This document shows, piece by piece, positions 1 through 8,044 of a stretch of 64,000 nt of DNA; the stretch's first letter is position 1; each line of letters starts with the position of its first letter. A program made the translations under genes and the position numbers. The notes below the pieces were generated by a model. That model did not search any database. It was not told where the DNA came from and saw only the letters and a program-made list of their open reading frames with translations. Source of the DNA: a virus; the IMG/VR virus record IMGVR_UViG_3300047089_000152, positions 40,151-104,150 of that record, one strand, 5' to 3'.

Positions 1-86
1 ACAATGATGGTACACTGTAGGTACGACAAGGGGTAAGTAGGTCGCCGCAGGGTGGCCGCATGCCCCCGGATCTGGAGGAAAAAAAG

Positions 87-506
87 ATGGTGCGTGTATG
101 GCAAGTTCGTCACACCTTCACATCCAGTAATGGTGAGACATACCGTAATGAAAAGGGAGGCGAGGTCGGTATAGAAACAAAGCCCGGAAGTCCGATCTGG
201 GTCAAACCAGATGACCTCGATGAATTGATCGAGTCGCTCCTGGAAGTAAAAAACCATCCTGTGGAGCCATACAAGGCACCGGGATTCAGAGAAAGAACCA
301 GCAGTGACGAGCAGATCGTGCGAGTGGATGGTGGTTACGCCTACACATGGCCAGGCGAGCCGCTCGCGATCGGTGACCGTGTACTGCTTCCCGAGAACTG
401 GCTCAGTGCCGTGAAACACGGTCACGGACCGTTCCAGGGAACGGTAACAGGCTTCGGCACCGACTACGACGGTGTAATGTCAGCCGTTATCAAAAAGATC
501 GACTGA
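87..506 (+). CDS. hypothetical phage protein
   Basis: ORF; ATG at 87 follows a GGAGG RBS; upstream TGGTACACT promoter motif at 8-16. Confidence 0.7.
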   Translation: MVRVWQVRHTFTSSNGETYRNEKGGEVGIETKPGSPIWVKPDDLDELIESLLEVKNHPVEPYKAPGFRERTSSDEQIVRVDGGYAYTWPGEPLAIGDRVLLPENWLSAVKHGHGPFQGTVTGFGTDYDGVMSAVIKKID

Positions 507-532
507 CGGGGGCGGCGGGGGGCCTTACTTGC

Positions 533-580
533 CTTGTGCGAAGCAACTACCTGACCTGGGACGCTAAGCGTACACCTGTG
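533..580 (+). repeat. 48-bp imperfect direct repeat, copy 1 (upstream of a promoter)
   Basis: CTTGTGCGAAGCA-N7-GACCTGGGACGCTAAGCGTACACCTGTG, repeated 1135 bp downstream. Confidence 0.9.
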
Positions 581-598
581 AAGGGGTATGCTGGTGAC

Positions 599-928
599 AT
601 GGCCAAAGGAAACCTCCCGTTCGAGTCCCTCACCGCGGCGACAGCCGCAGGTCCCGGAGCTGTGAACGACCTGCAAGACACCCTCGCGCTGCATTCGCTG
701 ACAGCCCAGATAACCGACTTTGCCGGTACAGGAAACTGGACGATCAGGCTGGAAGCCTCACTTGACAACGTAAACTTCGTGGCATTGCAGAGCCAGACCC
801 TCAACGAAGACGTCAACATTCACTTCGTCGGCGTGGTCACCTTCCCCGCCCGGTACGTCCGCGCTAACCTACTCCTAGACTCCGGGGTGACGAGCATCAC
901 GGTTACCGCCTGGGTGGCAAGCGCCTGA
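599..928 (+). CDS. hypothetical beta-rich, possibly virion-associated protein; leaderless
   Basis: TATGCT -10 box lies 6 nt before ATG 599; LEASLDNVNF-type beta-strand sequence. Confidence 0.7.
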   Translation: MAKGNLPFESLTAATAAGPGAVNDLQDTLALHSLTAQITDFAGTGNWTIRLEASLDNVNFVALQSQTLNEDVNIHFVGVVTFPARYVRANLLLDSGVTSITVTAWVASA

Positions 929-931
929 GCT

Positions 932-1645
932 GTGATGATCGCCCACTTCTACCACACGTGGGTCGACGGCGAATGGGAACGCCCCGCTGCCGCGCATGTG
1001 ATGGCTATGGGTGCGGCCGGTTTGCGCCCGGACGTGTTCGCGGTCGGGGTTGTGGGTTCGGCGGAACGACGTAAGGCCGCGCGGGGCTGGTGGCGTAAGG
1101 CTGCCGTGGCTGATTCGGTTGAGTTCACCGAAGCCGACGCCGGGTACGAGCAGGTGACGTTGCGGCGGTTGCGGGAATGGGTGGCTACAGCGGATCCGGC
1201 CACCCCAGTGCTGTACGCGCATTCTAAGGGTGCATACAACCTGTCACCGATCACGGCGGTACACCGGGACGCTATGACATCAGGTGTGGTACGGCGATGG
1301 CGTGGAGCCGTCGCCGCGCTGACGGACCACGACGTGGCAGGCTGTTTCTGGAGCCTGGGGACACAGCCGCATTTCACGGGGAATTTCTGGTGGGCGCGGG
1401 CGGGGTATCTGGCTGGCCTGCCGGTGGTCGCGGATACGGACCGGTTCGCGGCGGAGTTGTGGTTGGGTCAGGATGACCCGGCTTGGTGTGAGCTGGGGGA
1501 ATTCACTTATGCGGAGATGTGTGAAGCGGTGCTGGGGCGGCCAGAGTTGGACGCTCCGGGGTTGGTGATGCCTCCGGGCGTGTCCCTGCTGGGGTCTCCG
1601 GCACCTGCCGCAACGATTCCGTATGGCCGGGCCGAGCGTATGTGA
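932..1645 (+). CDS. putative glycosyltransferase-like protein
   Basis: LYAHSKG and PHFTGNFWWA...AELW motifs resemble viral GT-associated proteins. Confidence 0.55.
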   Translation: MMIAHFYHTWVDGEWERPAAAHVMAMGAAGLRPDVFAVGVVGSAERRKAARGWWRKAAVADSVEFTEADAGYEQVTLRRLREWVATADPATPVLYAHSKGAYNLSPITAVHRDAMTSGVVRRWRGAVAALTDHDVAGCFWSLGTQPHFTGNFWWARAGYLAGLPVVADTDRFAAELWLGQDDPAWCELGEFTYAEMCEAVLGRPELDAPGLVMPPGVSLLGSPAPAATIPYGRAERM

Positions 1646-1667
1646 GGTGCCAATAGTATTTGCTTTG

Positions 1668-1715
1668 CTTGTGCGAAGCAATTAACCGACCTGGGACGCT
1701 AAGCGTACACCTGTG
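1668..1715 (+). repeat. 48-bp imperfect direct repeat, copy 2
   Basis: matches 533-580 and runs into the extended -10 TGGTACAAT at 1714-1722. Confidence 0.9.
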
Positions 1716-1728
1716 GTACAATAGACCT

Positions 1729-2556
1729 ATGGCCACCTACAAGACGCTGCGCAGTGACGACCCGAAAGTCCAGCAAGCCCGGCAACGCGCCGGGAAAATC
1801 GTCGGGGCGATGAACGACCTCGCCGCCCTCGTCCAACAGTCGTGGGACGCGAAAGACTGGCGCGTCCTCGGCTATGACTCCTGGCAGAGTTACACGGTCG
1901 GGGAGTTCGGCCACGGCGACACCGCCATCAAAGCCCGGCAGGTCATCGTGTCCATGCTCCGAGGAACCGGACTGTCCCAACGCGCCATCGCCGCGGAGAC
2001 CGGCGCGTCCGTCGCGACCGTCAACAACGACATTGCCGACCTGTCAACCGCACCCCCGGAGGGTGACCCTACGACGATCGACCGGCGACCCCGGCCGACT
2101 GTTCAGGAACCTGAACAGTCACTCAGAGTAACCGGGCTGGACGGTAGGACACAACCCGCCAGCAGAGGAGGCATGACAGGAGACCAGCGCAGAGAACGGG
2201 ACCGGCTACTGCGGGCGCAAAGACGGCAAAGAGAAGCGGCCCTCCGCGAAACCCACGCCGCCGACGCCGCCCGGCCGGTACCTGACATGATCCACGGTCA
2301 CCCCGTGACCGTCACCTGCCCGATGTGCGTAGAACTGGCACGCCCAGCCCGCGAAGCACCCGTTGAACCACTAGCTGGACATTCCGTCGAAACCCGGCTT
2401 CGGCTGCTGTTCGCCGGGTTCCTCGACGGTCTCACCCCCGACCAGCTCACCGCCCTGCACGACCACTGGGACGAGATCATGAACGAAACCGTCACAGACC
2501 GGATCACTAGCTGGGCCGCCGTCGGCCGTACCGTCGCGCAGGAAAGGGCAAGCTGA
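1729..2556 (+). CDS. helix-turn-helix DNA-binding protein; leaderless
   Basis: GLSQRAIAAETGASVATVNNDI HTH; TACAAT 6 nt before ATG. Confidence 0.75.
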   Translation: MATYKTLRSDDPKVQQARQRAGKIVGAMNDLAALVQQSWDAKDWRVLGYDSWQSYTVGEFGHGDTAIKARQVIVSMLRGTGLSQRAIAAETGASVATVNNDIADLSTAPPEGDPTTIDRRPRPTVQEPEQSLRVTGLDGRTQPASRGGMTGDQRRERDRLLRAQRRQREAALRETHAADAARPVPDMIHGHPVTVTCPMCVELARPAREAPVEPLAGHSVETRLRLLFAGFLDGLTPDQLTALHDHWDEIMNETVTDRITSWAAVGRTVAQERAS

Positions 2557-2975
2557 TGAACGGTCAGACTGTCCCCCGGCCCCGGCCGTGCGCGTCGTGT
2601 CCGTACCGTAGAGACGTGCCGTCCGGTGTGTGGGCCGCGGAAGAATATGACAAGCTACCCCGCTACGACGGGGACACGGGTGAGCAGGCGATGGCCGGGG
2701 CGTTCGGCGTGTTCATGTGTCACCAGGCTGACGGGCACCTGTGTTCAGGTTGGGTAGCCGCCCACGACATGCAGCACAACCTGGCGATACGCATGGCCCG
2801 CGACGTGGACATGCCAGCGGTCCTGTCGTACACCACGGACGTGTCGGTGTTTGGTTCCGGTGCGGAAGCCGCGGCGCACGGCAAGGCCGACATCGAGACC
2901 CCGGGGCCGGAAGCTATGCGGACCGTGGAGAAGATCACCGTGGTACGCGGTAGGCGCGGGAAAGGGAAAGGATGA
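2556..2975 (+). CDS. DUF6283-like Cys/His-rich protein
   Basis: PCASCPYRRDVPSGVW...CHQ...CSGW motif. Confidence 0.7.
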   Translation: MNGQTVPRPRPCASCPYRRDVPSGVWAAEEYDKLPRYDGDTGEQAMAGAFGVFMCHQADGHLCSGWVAAHDMQHNLAIRMARDVDMPAVLSYTTDVSVFGSGAEAAAHGKADIETPGPEAMRTVEKITVVRGRRGKGKG

Positions 2976-3133
2976 GGCGGCCTAGGACGGAGCTGGAAGC
3001 GTACCGGTGTCCTGATTGCGGGTACACGGCGTTGATACAGCGGCTGGCTAGCCGGAGGAAGCTGACGGGGCATTTGAAGTGGTTGTGGTGTGTGCGGTGT
3101 GAGGTGCCCACGAATCATGTACTGGTCCCCTAG
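2972..3133 (+). CDS. 53-aa zinc-ribbon protein
   Basis: ATGA-coupled to the upstream gene; CPDCG...GHLKWLWCVRC...NH. Confidence 0.6.
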   Translation: MRRPRTELEAYRCPDCGYTALIQRLASRRKLTGHLKWLWCVRCEVPTNHVLVP

Positions 3134-3145
3134 CCTGGACGGTTG

Positions 3146-3154
3146 TGGTACGCT
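3146..3154 (+). promoter_or_regulatory. extended -10 promoter upstream of a pentamer mini-array
   Basis: TGGTACGCT, the same motif found before other mini-arrays and leaderless genes. Confidence 0.6.
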
Positions 3155-3169
3155 GTGGGTACAGCAAAC

Positions 3170-3303
3170 GGACCGGAAGGGAAAGGCTGGGCGCGGCAGG
3201 CATCGCAGCGGCCGGGATAGCAGCGGATCGGAGCGGCAGGACAGGATTGGCAGGGCACGGCTGGGCTAGGTGTGGCTGGGCTGGGAACGGAATGGATTGG
3301 ACA
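3170..3303 (+). ncRNA. GGH-NN pentamer mini-array (2 units), putative guide RNA
   Basis: 13 pentamers, GGCAG-GACA delimiter at 3235, then 12 more pentamers. Confidence 0.75.
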
Positions 3304-3370
3304 CTAGCCGCACCGCATGCTACAGTAGAGGTATAGTCAACGGACGAGGGCATGAAAGGAACAACGCACC

Positions 3371-4036
3371 ATGCCACCACGCAAGACCACCACAGGCGGA
3401 CCAGTCCAGCTCACCAGGCTGGCAGAAGAAGTCGCCCAAATCCACATCGCCGGGGCTACGCCACTTATTATTCATAAATGGTCGGAAAAGGCGCTCAACC
3501 AGATGCGGATCGCCCAGTCCGGGGCAATTAAGCCGCCCCGCGAACCCAAGAACGCCGAAGAAAACGCCCACGCGGCAACATACTGGGTCGACGTCGCCGA
3601 GACGATCCCCGGCATCCCCAGCGTCTCATTCAAGGCCGCCATGGTCGGAGCCTGCCGGTTCTTCGACGGCCTCCCCATGACGACAGCAAAATTGCTGTTC
3701 TTCGTCGACGGGGTCGTCAGCGAAGCCAAGGGCGACGCGCCAGCACGCGACCTGCTCGTCCCGATTATCTCCGGCCCTGGGGAAATGCGGGAAGACACCC
3801 CGCGCAACGACAACGGAAACCCGGACCTCCGGTACAGGAATCAGTTCTTCCCGTGGAAAGCCGTACTCAACGTGCGGTTCATGCCCGCGAAGATCGCCCC
3901 CGAATCCGTCATCGCGCTAGCTGACGCCGCCGGTCGTGGCGGTGTCGGAGAATGGCGTCCATCCGCACCGAAAAGCGCGACTGGCACATACGGCCAGTTT
4001 CGTGTCATCACCCGGAAGGAATGGGAGTCGGCCTAA
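3371..4036 (+). CDS. stand-alone Cas7/RAMP-like protein, putative guide-RNA-binding filament
   Basis: N-terminal strand IAGATPLIIH, GIPSVSFKAAM (cf. RAMP IPxSSxKG helix), C-terminal glycine-rich loop GRGGVGEWRP...GTYGQFRV; flanked by repeat arrays. Confidence 0.7.
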   Translation: MPPRKTTTGGPVQLTRLAEEVAQIHIAGATPLIIHKWSEKALNQMRIAQSGAIKPPREPKNAEENAHAATYWVDVAETIPGIPSVSFKAAMVGACRFFDGLPMTTAKLLFFVDGVVSEAKGDAPARDLLVPIISGPGEMREDTPRNDNGNPDLRYRNQFFPWKAVLNVRFMPAKIAPESVIALADAAGRGGVGEWRPSAPKSATGTYGQFRVITRKEWESA

Positions 4037-4037
4037 A

Positions 4038-4595
4038 ATGGCGACCATCACCGTCGAACAGCAGTGGGCGTTCAAATCGGGTGCGCGTGTCCCGGGTGGC
4101 GTCCACGCCGAGGATGTGGTGCGTGAGAAGGAACAGATGGAAGACCACCTGGGCCGCCTCGCCACCACGGAGGAAGCCGCGGAAATGGTCCTCCGCTGGC
4201 CTACCAAGTACAAGGCGCACCGGGCGTTCGCACCGGCAACCGAGAAAGAAGCACTCCACGAAGCAGTGGTACGCGGTGTTCGGAGCGCCTGGAGTTCCGT
4301 GATTCAGGTCGACGTCGAAATCACCGAGGTCACCAACCGGATTTCCGGTGATATCGAGATCGCAACCAGGCGTGTCGACGCACCCGAAGTGAGATGGTTT
4401 CACGCCGTGCCAGCACGCGTCGGCGACACGCAACGAGTTTATGACTCGTTGCCGAATATCGCAGCCGATGCTGACAAGGAAGCGGCGCTGTCCGAAGATC
4501 TCGCCACGCAAGCACGCAACTTCTCCGCAAAAGTAGCCAGCGTCACTGGCGAGCTGGCGCGGTTGCACAAGTTGCGCAGCACCGCCGGAAATTAG
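4038..4595 (+). CDS. partner protein of the Cas7-like gene, function unknown
   Basis: ATG 1 nt after the upstream stop; predicted helical; sits directly before the main array. Confidence 0.7.
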   Translation: MATITVEQQWAFKSGARVPGGVHAEDVVREKEQMEDHLGRLATTEEAAEMVLRWPTKYKAHRAFAPATEKEALHEAVVRGVRSAWSSVIQVDVEITEVTNRISGDIEIATRRVDAPEVRWFHAVPARVGDTQRVYDSLPNIAADADKEAALSEDLATQARNFSAKVASVTGELARLHKLRSTAGN

Positions 4596-4598
4596 ACC

Positions 4599-4636
4599 AC
4601 CAGGTTCCGGCCGGGGAAACTCGGCCGGAACCTGGT
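4599..4636 (+). other. 17-bp stem with GAAA tetraloop at the 5' end of the array (processing, stability or terminator hairpin)
   Basis: ACCAGGTTCCGGCCGGG-GAAA-CTCGGCCGGAACCTGGT. Confidence 0.8.
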
Positions 4637-4644
4637 CGGTAAGG

Positions 4645-5923
4645 GGAGTGGAGGGGCAGGGACTGTCGTGGCAAGGAACGGCAGGGCACGGAGTGGATTG
4701 GCAGGATAGGCTCGGCGCGGCCAGGCGGGGAGCGTTTCGGAGTGGCATGGATTGGCTGGGACTGGCAGTATCGGATCGCAGTGGTCAGGGTAGGCAAGGC
4801 CCGGCCAGGCGGGGCTCGGTATGGCCTGCACTGGCGGGGAACGCAATGGAGTGGCAGGACCGGTGTGGAATGGCTGGGACGGGAACGGCGCGGTAGGGAA
4901 TGGAGTGGCAGGAACGGTGGGGCCGGGCGCGGCGCGGCTAGGCTCGGCGCGGACGGGCATGGATTGGCTGGGCAGGACAGGATCGGAGAGCAGGGGGCTG
5001 GCGCGGCATGGCACGGAGAGGCAGGAGAGGAACGGTCGGGACAGGAGCGGCAAGGAGCGCACCGGCAGGCAGCGGCAGGGAATGGCATGGAACGGACTGG
5101 ATTGGCAGGACAGGACCGGCATGGCCAGGAGGGGCATGTCCTGGAATGGAATGGCAGGAATGGCTGGGTACGGCGGGGCCGGGCGAGCATTGGACAGGAC
5201 CGGCAGTCGCGGAAGGGCTCGGCAGGGACCGGATTGCAGCGGCGAGGATGGGCTAGGCAGGAGCGGAACGGCAGGGCATGGCCTGGATCGGAGCGGCTGG
5301 GCAGGATAGGCATGGATCGGCCTGGGTAGGCAAGGAGGGGCTGGGACGGGACCGGATTGGCAGGGCAGCAGTGGAGAGGCAAGCCGTGCAATGGCGGGGC
5401 GGGGCGTGGCATGGACTGGACCGGCAGGACTGGACTGGACTGGATTGGAGAGCAGGGCAGTGGCAGGGATCGTAGGGGTTCGGACGGGCAGGTTAGGCTT
5501 GGACGGGCTAGGCGTGGCATGGGCCGGCAAGGAACGGCTCGGAGCGGCAGGGATTGGCACGGCTCGGAGTGGCAGGACCGGACGGGTACGACGTGGCGTG
5601 GCTGGCATTGGCAAGGACTGGCAGGAGTGGATTGGCAGGGCCGGGCTTGGCATGGCGTGGCTGGGAATGGCGTGGCAGGACAGGTGGGGCTTGGCGGGCC
5701 GGGGATCGGCACGGATGGGCATGGCATGGCCCGGTAGGGCATGGCAGCATTGGACTGGACCGGACCGGCAAGGCTTGGCTTGGCTGGGATCGGATGGGAA
5801 CGGCAGGAGCGGAGCGGACTGTCGTGGCATGGCATGGCCTGGCGTGGCGCGGATCGGACGGGCAGGATAGGTCGGGCGTGGAATGGAACGGACGGGCTGG
5901 GCATGGAACGGCAGGATAGGAGT
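4645..5923 (+). repeat. main GGH-NN pentamer array, about 21 units, putative multi-guide precursor RNA
   Basis: strict 5-nt periodicity; GGCAG+4-nt delimiters at 4700, 4764, 4853, 4907, 4971, 5020, 5104, 5153, 5202, 5256, 5300, 5364, 5423, 5487, 5571, 5620, 5674, 5743, 5802, 5861, 5910; all spacings are 5n+4. Confidence 0.92.
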
Positions 5924-5937
5924 GACCCGCAGGGCTA

Positions 5938-5966
5938 CTGTCGGGGTGGGCCGCGTGCCCCGGCAG
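5938..5966 (+). terminator. hairpin at the 3' end of the array
   Basis: CTGTCGGGGT...GCCCCGGCAG inverted repeat. Confidence 0.5.
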
Positions 5967-5980
5967 AAGTTCGGCGGTGG

Positions 5981-6133
5981 ATGATCTTGTGCTCGTGCGG
6001 CCATCCTGCGGTCGAGCATGACCTGAACCGTTCGGAGACTAAGCGAACAGTTTGCCTGACCACCGAACGGACTACGAAATGTCCGTGCGTGCTATATTCA
6101 CCAGACCTTCGTGATACACTAGAGGTACAATGA
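5981..6133 (+). CDS. small Cys/His zinc-binding protein
   Basis: MILCSCGHPAVEH...C...CPC. Confidence 0.55.
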   Translation: MILCSCGHPAVEHDLNRSETKRTVCLTTERTTKCPCVLYSPDLRDTLEVQ

Positions 6134-6999
6134 ACGAGACCATAGAACGAGAAGACCGCAGGGCCGTCACCGCGCTCACCTCCGGGGAAAACGCCACGAA
6201 GGTCACCGTCAAAACAAGCGACGGCAACTACGAAGAACGACAGCTAACCGTCCACGGGCTCGCACGGCTGATTCCCGTGATCGCACTGGGCGACATGGAC
6301 CGGCTGATAGACGACGTGCGCGAACACGGCGTCCTCGAACCCCTGATCATGTTCCAGGGACAAGTCCTTGACGGACGCAACCGGCTCGCCGTAGCTTCGG
6401 TCGTCGGCGTACCCGTGCAGCTCACCGAATTCGACGGAGACGAAGCCGCAGCCAGAAACTTCGTCTGGTCCGCGAACGCTGCGAGGCGGCACCTGTCCGT
6501 CCCCCAGATCGCGCTGGCCGCTGAACGGTTCGGTTTCGTCGACGCCGCCAAAGCCGAAGCAGGCCCCGACGACCCCAACCTGGATATCCGCTCGACGGTC
6601 GCACCATGGGCGCGAATCGCCGCGCGAAAGGTCGGTGCGATCACCCCGGCTACACTGGAACGGTTCCAGCAAGCCAGGATCCCCGAGGCACCCGACACGA
6701 TGCGCCGGGTCGATTCCGGTGAGATCCGCCGGGTCGACGTCGCGGTCAAGGAAGCGGTCGCGGAGCGGACCGTGCTCACCGGCCGTCTCATCCAGGTTCC
6801 ACCCCCGGTTGCGCGTACCGCGTGGGACCGGCTGGGCTGCGCGCGGGGTGACGTTCTCGCCGCGGAACGCGCCATCCTGGCAGGGGACTGGGGTGGGATG
6901 GAAAGGGACCAGTTCGCTGTCCGCGCCCGTGAAATCCAGGGAGCCCTGATCAGGATTCAGAATTTGTATCGTTATGGATCGGGCGGCAGGACCGGTTAG
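6130..6999 (+). CDS. ParB/Srx-like N-terminal domain protein
   Basis: LIDDVREHGVLEPLI...VLDGRNRL...SANAARRHLS. Confidence 0.85.
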   Translation: MNETIEREDRRAVTALTSGENATKVTVKTSDGNYEERQLTVHGLARLIPVIALGDMDRLIDDVREHGVLEPLIMFQGQVLDGRNRLAVASVVGVPVQLTEFDGDEAAARNFVWSANAARRHLSVPQIALAAERFGFVDAAKAEAGPDDPNLDIRSTVAPWARIAARKVGAITPATLERFQQARIPEAPDTMRRVDSGEIRRVDVAVKEAVAERTVLTGRLIQVPPPVARTAWDRLGCARGDVLAAERAILAGDWGGMERDQFAVRAREIQGALIRIQNLYRYGSGGRTG

Positions 7000-7057
7000 G
7001 ACGGGCTAGGAATGGCTGGGCTGGGCATGGACTGGAATGGCAGGAATGGAATGGCTA
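6985..7057 (+). ncRNA. GGH-NN mini-array (1 full unit), putative guide RNA
   Basis: GGCAG-GACC + 9 pentamers + GGCAG-GAAT. Confidence 0.75.
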
Positions 7058-7323
7058 AGCCGGATTTCGCCCACGGCGTGCAAGGCTACAACTGGCACAA
7101 GTGCCGGTGCGAACAGTGCCGGGCGGCTAACTCCGCCCGGTCCCGTACCTCCCGCGCTGCCCGCAAAGCACGCACCGCGGCGGGTGACCCCGCCGTCCCG
7201 CACGGGACCAGGGGCGGGTACACCAACTGGGCGTGCCGGTGCCTGCCATGCTCCCAGGCCAACAGCGAGGCGTGCCTGGAATACCGGAACGCCCACAGTA
7301 ACCGTCAGGACATCGTGACCTGA
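7051..7323 (+). CDS. actinophage-type zinc-finger protein
   Basis: two HG..GY...CRC..C repeats. Confidence 0.75.
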   Translation: MAKPDFAHGVQGYNWHKCRCEQCRAANSARSRTSRAARKARTAAGDPAVPHGTRGGYTNWACRCLPCSQANSEACLEYRNAHSNRQDIVT

Positions 7324-7399
7324 CACCGTGGCCAGCCCCGTACCACTGGTGTAGTGTGACCGGGGTACGTTCAATGCTGGCGGAAACAGAAGGGCATAC

Positions 7400-8044
7400 A
7401 TGTTTACTTCTCTACGGCGCGGCCTCCTGGTCGCTGCTGCTACCGCTGTCGCGCTGGGTGGTTACGCCCTGAGTGCCAGCGCTGCTACACCTGGCTGTAC
7501 CGCAGTGGCGGGGAACGCCTGCGGGTCCTGGAACACTGAGGTGCCGGGACTGCCCGACCTCGACGTGCAAGGCGGCGCAGCGGTCAGCGGCAACAGCCTG
7601 ATCGTCTTCACCCGCAGCAACCATGACAAGGCCGAGGATTTCATGGTCCAGATCGTCGCACCGGGAGCGACCTCTAAGTACACGGTTGGCGGCTTCACGG
7701 CCGGGGTCACCACTCCTCCCGCTGGCAGCGTGGCTATCCGCTACGCGCCCAATGGCGTGGACTCCGGGCTTTGCGTCTCGACGGTCAACCCGAACGGGCA
7801 CGCTGCCGCGCAGCTTCGCGTGTGCAGCAATAACACCACCCAGTTCAACCCGTTCCAGACTTTCACCTCGCCTGTGGCGTCTGGTGACTTCACGGCGGTT
7901 CAGTTCACCGAGGTGATCCACGGCTACGTGATGACCGACCCCGCCAACAACGGCTCGATTGGCGTCAAGGGCGCTCGCGTCCAGGTGATCTTCGCCAACA
8001 ACCTTCATCACACCGGCCAGTTCTGGGGACAGAACGGCGCATGA
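7400..8044 (+). CDS. secreted protein, possibly ricin-B/beta-trefoil lectin-like
   Basis: signal peptide; GLCVST...AQLRVC and terminal QFW motifs. Confidence 0.55.
   Translation: MFTSLRRGLLVAAATAVALGGYALSASAATPGCTAVAGNACGSWNTEVPGLPDLDVQGGAAVSGNSLIVFTRSNHDKAEDFMVQIVAPGATSKYTVGGFTAGVTTPPAGSVAIRYAPNGVDSGLCVSTVNPNGHAAAQLRVCSNNTTQFNPFQTFTSPVASGDFTAVQFTEVIHGYVMTDPANNGSIGVKGARVQVIFANNLHHTGQFWGQNGA

Noticed and set aside
4705-5422. Self-targets for main-array units (e.g. DAPW in the head-tail adaptor, PVQI and GSITP in the minor tail, RIPW in the peptidase)
   Set aside because: Only 3-5 dinucleotides match, compatible with chance over 64 kb; needs a computed scan
4645-5923. Canonical CRISPR array or simple microsatellite
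   Set aside because: There are no 25-40 bp identical repeats with spacers and no cas1/cas2; the variable NN positions and regular delimiters rule out slippage. G-quadruplex potential exists but does not explain the gene-matching NN strings
4543-6019. Long ORFs (453 and 475 aa on -, many on +) across the pentamer array
   Set aside because: They are by-products of a stop-poor 5-nt repeat; several frames are open at once, and the 5n+4 periodicity does not fit codon structure
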